Of a DNA stretch of 51,498 nucleotides, positions 46,190-51,498 are shown piece after piece. Under the pieces are notes generated by a model that was given only the letters and a program-made list of their open reading frames with translations, was not told the origin of the DNA and did no database searches. Numbering within the stretch: position 1 is the first letter of the stretch; each line of letters begins with the position of its first letter. The stretch spans positions 2,794 through 54,291 of the forward strand of contig JAPLOD010000717.1 in the NCBI GenBank assembly GCA_026692735.1, written 5' to 3'. Source of the DNA: Planctomycetota bacterium (GTDB lineage Bacteria; Planctomycetota; SZUA-567; H5-PLA8). The position numbers and the translations under genes were made by a program.

Positions 46190-48319
46190 CTACTGCTTCG
46201 AGGACAGCCCTTCGCGTATCTCGCCGTCCGCGTAGAGCACCTTGGAGCCTGGTTTGACCGAGAACAAGACCGGCCGCGTCGTATCCCCGGGCTCCCACCT
46301 GCACAGATACCCCAGGCGCTCCTTGGTCTCCGGGCAGATCAGTTTGCCGGCTTCGTCCAGGCAGGAATCCTCCGCCTTCACGTAGCCGCCTTTGACCAGG
46401 TCAGGCAATGTCGGCGGGTTCTCTTTCTTATCTGCGCGGTACCGCGAGATCGCGGCATAGTACATTTTGTAGAGCGCTTCCCGTGTCTTGACGGAGCCCG
46501 CAGCCTTGGCCGCCGGGGCTTGAGGCTCCGGTATCCGGTCCTGCGCAGCAGCGGCTGCCTTCGCGGGCTCCACCGGCGCCACCGGTGCTGGCACCTCGGA
46601 AGCTGCGATGCCGGCCGCCTTAAGAGCCACGGCAATGGCGGCTGGCACGGCCGGGTCCAGCGCCTTCCTGGGCGCCGCTGTCTTGGCGAGCTCGGCCTGT
46701 TCCTTGGTGTACACCTGCAGGTCCAGCAGCCGATTGCGCTCGCGGGCGAACGGCGTGAGTTGCGGTTCTTTGCCGGGCAAAACCACGGGCGTGGGTTCCG
46801 CCGGCGGGCTGGCCTTTTCCGCGGCATCCACCACCACGATGCCTTTGGCGATGATCTGCTCGGCTGCGGCAAACCAGGCGACGGCCGAATCCTGGTCGCC
46901 GGCGCGGCGCAGCATTTCGCCCACCAGGTAACTGGCGGGCGCGGCATCCCATTCCTTGCCAGACCGTTCCGCCGGCTTGAACGTCGCGCAATCCCTGAAC
47001 TTGATCTCATTGCTGCGAATCGCCGCCATATTCCGCCACGCGGCTCTGAACAAGCACTCCCGCTCACGCTTCAGGCACGCCTGCCGTTCCTCGACAACGC
47101 CCCGCAGCGCCTTGAGCTGGCGGACGACACGCTCCTCGAGCGTCTTGTTCTCCAATGCCAGGGGCGGCCGCTCGGGGACGTAGGAGAGCGCCTTGGCCAA
47201 AGCCTTCTCCGCCTCTTCAGCCCTGCCCAGGCGGTCCAGCGCGCCGGCGTCGGTCAGGTAGAGCACAAACATGTCGGCGTTCGTGAAATACGTGAGTCCC
47301 TCGCTTGTCGCAATGGGCCGGCGCTGGTTCGCCGCCTCGGTGCTCACCTGGATGATCCGCGCGGCCGCCTGGACGATGAGGTCCGCGTCCGTTTCCGCTC
47401 TGGTCGGGTCCACCAGCGGCTCGCCGCGCGCCCGGCGCGCCGCCAGGCATTCAGCCCGCAGGAACCTGTTCATGCGCTCGATCGAACGGCTCAGGCTTTG
47501 GAGCAGCGTGCCATCGAGGTACGGCGCCGAAATCTCGCTGCAGACTTCGCGCCGGCAGGCGTGCGCGGCTTCGAGGTACAGCTTGGCCAGCAGCGTGTGC
47601 GGCGGCTTGAGCCGTTCGTAAATCTGCAGCGCGTGATCGTACTTCATCCAGTCGGGAATCTGCGTCTGCAACACGTACTTGGAGAACTGCAGCAACTCCG
47701 GCGGCGGGTTCTCTTCCTTCAGCGCCGCCTCCTTGATCATCCGCTTGCGCGTCGCTGCGGAGAGCTTCTGGCGCACGAACTCCTTGGTCCCCTCGTCAAC
47801 GGGCTTGCCGTCCAGGCCCAGCAGAAAGCCCGCCGCTTTCTTGTCCAGCGGGGTCAGCGCCGCATAACCGCAGTCCGGACACATCCACACGTTGCTGTGC
47901 ACACTGAACTTCCCGATGCTGTGCGCGCAGAAATCCCGGTCCCGCCCGCCGCGGTCGTTGACATTGCCCGGAAACGCGCCGTTGAACTGCGCCTGGCACA
48001 CCGGGCACTGCACCGGCGTGCTCTCGATCCCCGGCAAGCGCTTGCCCGGCGGGACGCAGCCCGGGAAATCGGGGTCGGCGTGCCTGTACAGCGGCTGCAG
48101 GCAGATAGGGCACAGCTTCGCCTGCGCCTCGGGGACCGTCCCAATGCCCCTCGCGGAGACCACCGGCTTCCTGCTCTGAAACTCATCGAGGAGATCCTTG
48201 AGAATGCTCTCATCGGCCGTCGGGTTGGGATTGGTCGAGACCAGCGGCGGCGTTCCCTGCCCGGCCACGAGAGGGAATGCCAACACTACCAACACCATGC
48301 CAAGCGCGGTACGCGTCAT
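46190..48319 (-). CDS. Exported DUF2225-like zinc-binding/TPR protein with a C-terminal pilin-like domain
   Basis: Signal peptide; CPVC...RDRDFC...VWMCPDCGYAA (DUF2225-like); YLVGEMLRRAGD...A..WF; C-terminal AISRYRAD....PPTLPDLVKGGY...LICP...VLYADG. Confidence 0.75.
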   Translation of the reverse strand: MTRTALGMVLVVLAFPLVAGQGTPPLVSTNPNPTADESILKDLLDEFQSRKPVVSARGIGTVPEAQAKLCPICLQPLYRHADPDFPGCVPPGKRLPGIESTPVQCPVCQAQFNGAFPGNVNDRGGRDRDFCAHSIGKFSVHSNVWMCPDCGYAALTPLDKKAAGFLLGLDGKPVDEGTKEFVRQKLSAATRKRMIKEAALKEENPPPELLQFSKYVLQTQIPDWMKYDHALQIYERLKPPHTLLAKLYLEAAHACRREVCSEISAPYLDGTLLQSLSRSIERMNRFLRAECLAARRARGEPLVDPTRAETDADLIVQAAARIIQVSTEAANQRRPIATSEGLTYFTNADMFVLYLTDAGALDRLGRAEEAEKALAKALSYVPERPPLALENKTLEERVVRQLKALRGVVEERQACLKRERECLFRAAWRNMAAIRSNEIKFRDCATFKPAERSGKEWDAAPASYLVGEMLRRAGDQDSAVAWFAAAEQIIAKGIVVVDAAEKASPPAEPTPVVLPGKEPQLTPFARERNRLLDLQVYTKEQAELAKTAAPRKALDPAVPAAIAVALKAAGIAASEVPAPVAPVEPAKAAAAAQDRIPEPQAPAAKAAGSVKTREALYKMYYAAISRYRADKKENPPTLPDLVKGGYVKAEDSCLDEAGKLICPETKERLGYLCRWEPGDTTRPVLFSVKPGSKVLYADGEIREGLSSKQ

Positions 48320-48411
48320 GCTCGGTTCCTCAGCACGTTGACGCTGTTTACTCTAACAGGTCCGGACGGAGAATCCAGAGACCCTCTCCGATTGCGGGAA
48401 ACACCGCGCCC

Positions 48412-51400
48412 TCACCGGAAATCCCGCGAACGCCACCGCAGTTCGGGCAGGCTCTCCGAGAGGTCGCGAAGCCGTTTGACCACGACGTGCGTCACGTCGC
48501 CCTCCCGCTGCCATGTTCCCTCGACAATCAGCGCCGTGGACATGCGCGCCGCTTTCCGGTGCCGCTCATACACGGACGGCCAGACGATCAGGTTCGCGGT
48601 GCCGGTCTCGTCCTCAATGGTCACGAAGATCACGCCCGACGCCGTATCCGGCCGCTGCCGCACCAGGACCAGGCCGGCCACGCGCGCCCATGCACCGTCC
48701 TTGAGCGCCCGCAACTGCGCGCACGTCATGAGCCCCGCCGCCTCCAGGTCCGCGCGCAGCAGGGCCAGCGGATGGGCCTTCAGCGACAGGCCCGTCGTCT
48801 CGTAGTCCTGCGTCACCTCGTCCTCCGGCGGCGCCGCGGAAAGCTGCGGCGCCGGCTCTTCGGCCTCCAACGCCTGGAAGAGCGGCAGTTCCTCATGCAG
48901 CGCCAGCACCTGCCACAATGCCGTGCGCCGGTCCACCCCCAGCCCTTGGAACGCGTCCGCCGCCGCGACGCGCGAGAGCACTGCCTTGGTCAAGCCCGTG
49001 CGGCGCGCAAACTCCGCGATCGAGCCGAACAATGTGCCACCAGTGCGCGCCCGCACGATCGCCTCCACATGCTTTTCCCGCGACAGCCCCTTCACCATCC
49101 GGAAGCCCAGGCGGATCTCGTTCTCCCCTTCAAGCGTGCAGTCCCAGAGGCTGTGGTTCACATCCACCGGCTTGACCGTGACGCCGTGCGCTTGAGCGTC
49201 GCGCACGAGCTGCGCGGGCGCGTAGAAGCCCATCGGCTGGCTGTTCAGCAACGCGCACGTGAACGCGGCCTGGTGGTAGCACTTCAGCCACGCGGACGCG
49301 TAGACCAGCAGCGCGAAACTCGCCGCATGGCTCTCCGGAAAGCCGTACTCGCCGAACCCGCGAATCTGCTCAAAGACCCTCTCCGCATACTCCAGCGGCA
49401 AGCCGTTCCGGAGCATGCCCGCGAGCATCCTCTCGCGAAGCTGCTCTATCAGCCCTGGACGCCGCCACGAACCCATCGCACGCCGCAGCTTGTCCGCCTC
49501 CCCCGGCGTGAAACCGGCCGCGACCATCGCCAGGCGCATGACCTGTTCCTGAAAGAGCGGGATGCCCAGCGTCTTCTCCAGCACTCCCTTGATCGCGGCG
49601 TTGGGGTAGGTGACCTGCTCTTCGCCCGCACGCCGCCTCAGGTACGGGTGCACCATCCCGCCCTGAATCGGCCCCGGACGCACGATCGAGACCTCAACGA
49701 CCAGGTCGTAGAAACAGCGCGGCTTCAGGCGCGGCAGCATGGCCATCTGCGCCCGGCTCTCGATCTGGAACACGCCCACGGTGTCCGCGCGGCAGCACCT
49801 GTCGTAGACCCTGGGGTCCTCGGGCGGGATCGTCGCCAGCGTCAGTCCTTCTCCCCCGTAGCGCATTCTGCCAGATTGCGATACGTGGGGAGAAGGTGGC
49901 GCTTGACTCGCCGGTGAGGGGGCCACGTGGGGCGGGGTCCGGGCGCGGCGCGCGTTCACCAGCTCCAGGCATTTGTGCAGCGCGGTCAGCATCCCCAGCG
50001 CCAGGCAGTCCACCTTCAGGATGCCGAGCGCGTCAATGTCGTCTTTGTCCCATTCGATGACCGTCCGGTCCGCCATGGACGCGTTCTCGATCGGCACGAG
50101 CTCGCACAGCGGCCCGGCCGTGATCACGAAGCCGCCCACGTGCTGCGACAGATGGCGCGGGAAACCGAGCAGCTCGCGGCACAAGGCCACCAACTGCCGC
50201 ATCGTCCTGTCCTCCGGGTCCAGCCCCGCCTCCCGGATGCGGGCCGTGATGTGGCCGGCGTCCTCGAAATGGTCCAGCGTCCCGGCGAGCAGGTCCACGC
50301 GGTCGAGCGACAGGCCCAGCGCTTTGCCGACATCGCGCACCGCGGACTTCGGCCGGTACGTGATGACCTCGGCCGTGATGCCGGCCCGCTCGCGCCCGTA
50401 CTTCTCGTAGACGTACTGCATGACCTCCTCGCGCCGCTCGTGCTCGAAGTCCACGTCAATGTCCGGCGCCTCGGCCCTCTCGCGGCTCATGAACCGCTCG
50501 AACAGCACGTCCGCCCGCGCAGGGCCCACCGCCGTGATCCCCAGGCAGAAACAGACGGCGGAGTTGGCCGCGGAACCGCGGCCCTGGCAGAGGATGTTCC
50601 GGGAGCGCGCGAATGCCACCAGGTCCCACACGGTCAGGAAGTACGCTTCGTAGTGCAGCTCCTCGATCAACTGCAGCTCGTGCTCGATCTGCCGCCGCAC
50701 CTTCTCCGGAACGCCGTTCGGCCAGCAGCGTTTCGCGCCGGCCCAGGTGAGCTCGCTGAGCCAGCGCAGCGGCGTGGTGCCCCGCGGCGTGAGTTCCTGG
50801 GGATATTCGTAGCGCAGTTCGTCCAGCGAGAACCGGCACGCCGACACGATCTCGACGCTCCGGGAGAGGAACTGCTCAACCTCCTTGCGGCTGCCGCGCG
50901 CCGGAAGAAGCGCGGTGAGCAGCGCCTGCATCTCCGTCGCGGACTTCAGCCGCCGTTCCGCGTTCGGGAAAAGGCGCGAGCCCGCTGCCTGGAGCGTGCA
51001 GCCATGACGAATGCACGCGAGAACGTCCTGCAGGAACCGGCGGCCGGAATCGTGGTAGTACACGTCGTTCGCGGCGACGAGCGGCACGCTGCAGCGGCGC
51101 GCGAGTTCGCGCAGCCGCGCGAACTTCGCCTTGTCGTCCGCCCCAAGATGGAACTCGGCAGCCAGGTACAGGCGTGCGCCGAAAGCGTCCTTAAGAGCGG
51201 AGAGTGCCGCCGCTGCGTCCGCGGAGGTCTGCGGAACCACGATCCCGATCAGGCCGGCCGCGTGCTCGCACACCTCCTTCACTGCAAGATCGCATGCGCC
51301 CTTCTCAGCGCGGCGCCGGCCGACGGTGATCAGGCGCGACAGCCGGCCGTACGCCGCGCGGTCGGTCGCGTACAGAAGCACCGCCGGGCCGTCGCGCGGC

Positions 51401-51498
51401 GTGATCTCGGCGCCGGCCAGCAATCTGAGTTTGGCTTCCTTTGCCGCCACGTGCGCCTGCACCACGCCGCACAGGCTGTTGCGGTCGGTGACGGCCAG
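48412..51498 (-). CDS. dnaE2: Error-prone DNA polymerase (DnaE2/ImuC), 5' end outside window
   Basis: PHP LAVTDRNSL.GVV.AH; GRGSAANS; PDIDVDFEH.RREEV; FPRHLSQHVGG; KVD.LALGML; YGFPESHAASFA; C-terminal SRDFR diagnostic of DnaE2. Confidence 0.97.
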   Translation of the reverse strand: MAVTDRNSLCGVVQAHVAAKEAKLRLLAGAEITPRDGPAVLLYATDRAAYGRLSRLITVGRRRAEKGACDLAVKEVCEHAAGLIGIVVPQTSADAAAALSALKDAFGARLYLAAEFHLGADDKAKFARLRELARRCSVPLVAANDVYYHDSGRRFLQDVLACIRHGCTLQAAGSRLFPNAERRLKSATEMQALLTALLPARGSRKEVEQFLSRSVEIVSACRFSLDELRYEYPQELTPRGTTPLRWLSELTWAGAKRCWPNGVPEKVRRQIEHELQLIEELHYEAYFLTVWDLVAFARSRNILCQGRGSAANSAVCFCLGITAVGPARADVLFERFMSRERAEAPDIDVDFEHERREEVMQYVYEKYGRERAGITAEVITYRPKSAVRDVGKALGLSLDRVDLLAGTLDHFEDAGHITARIREAGLDPEDRTMRQLVALCRELLGFPRHLSQHVGGFVITAGPLCELVPIENASMADRTVIEWDKDDIDALGILKVDCLALGMLTALHKCLELVNARRARTPPHVAPSPASQAPPSPHVSQSGRMRYGGEGLTLATIPPEDPRVYDRCCRADTVGVFQIESRAQMAMLPRLKPRCFYDLVVEVSIVRPGPIQGGMVHPYLRRRAGEEQVTYPNAAIKGVLEKTLGIPLFQEQVMRLAMVAAGFTPGEADKLRRAMGSWRRPGLIEQLRERMLAGMLRNGLPLEYAERVFEQIRGFGEYGFPESHAASFALLVYASAWLKCYHQAAFTCALLNSQPMGFYAPAQLVRDAQAHGVTVKPVDVNHSLWDCTLEGENEIRLGFRMVKGLSREKHVEAIVRARTGGTLFGSIAEFARRTGLTKAVLSRVAAADAFQGLGVDRRTALWQVLALHEELPLFQALEAEEPAPQLSAAPPEDEVTQDYETTGLSLKAHPLALLRADLEAAGLMTCAQLRALKDGAWARVAGLVLVRQRPDTASGVIFVTIEDETGTANLIVWPSVYERHRKAARMSTALIVEGTWQREGDVTHVVVKRLRDLSESLPELRWRSRDFR
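49847..49923. repeat. Palindromic element inserted in frame inside dnaE2
   Basis: CCTTCTCCCC CGTA G CGCA T TCTG C CAGA T TGCG A TACG T GGGGAGAAGG (49847-49896), then GGTGAGGGGG; coincides with a ~30-aa Pro-rich insertion. Confidence 0.8.

Overview
A GC-rich bacterial chromosomal window whose gene content looks Planctomycetota-like (inference). From left to right: a partial exported helical protein, lnt, two zinc-ribbon proteins and a lower-GC defence-like insert (truncated DUF4338/DruA-like gene, HNH nuclease, small orphan). These are followed by an M28 peptidase-like protein, glycan-use genes (GH2-CBM32, a 1454-aa putative glycosidase, a heparinase II/III-like lyase, a sugar ABC transporter, a URO-D-family protein), sdaA and two toxin-antitoxin pairs. 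The central block has two large paralogous TPR-bearing secretins behind a promoter with a G6A9 homopolymer spacer, then a terminator, a 56-bp double-hairpin tandem array and two exported TPR proteins, the first interrupted by one in-frame TAG. The right end is a mostly minus-strand block: FabF-like synthase, two pseudokinases, EF-hand, DUF3750-like, DUF2225/pilin-like and dnaE2, which carries an in-frame palindromic insert. Small palindromic and MITE-like repeats are common. No rRNA, tRNA, CRISPR or transposase was recognised. The best candidate for an undescribed system is the twin-secretin/TPR envelope locus (27.2-39.0 kb). Domain calls come from motif recognition by eye, not database searches.
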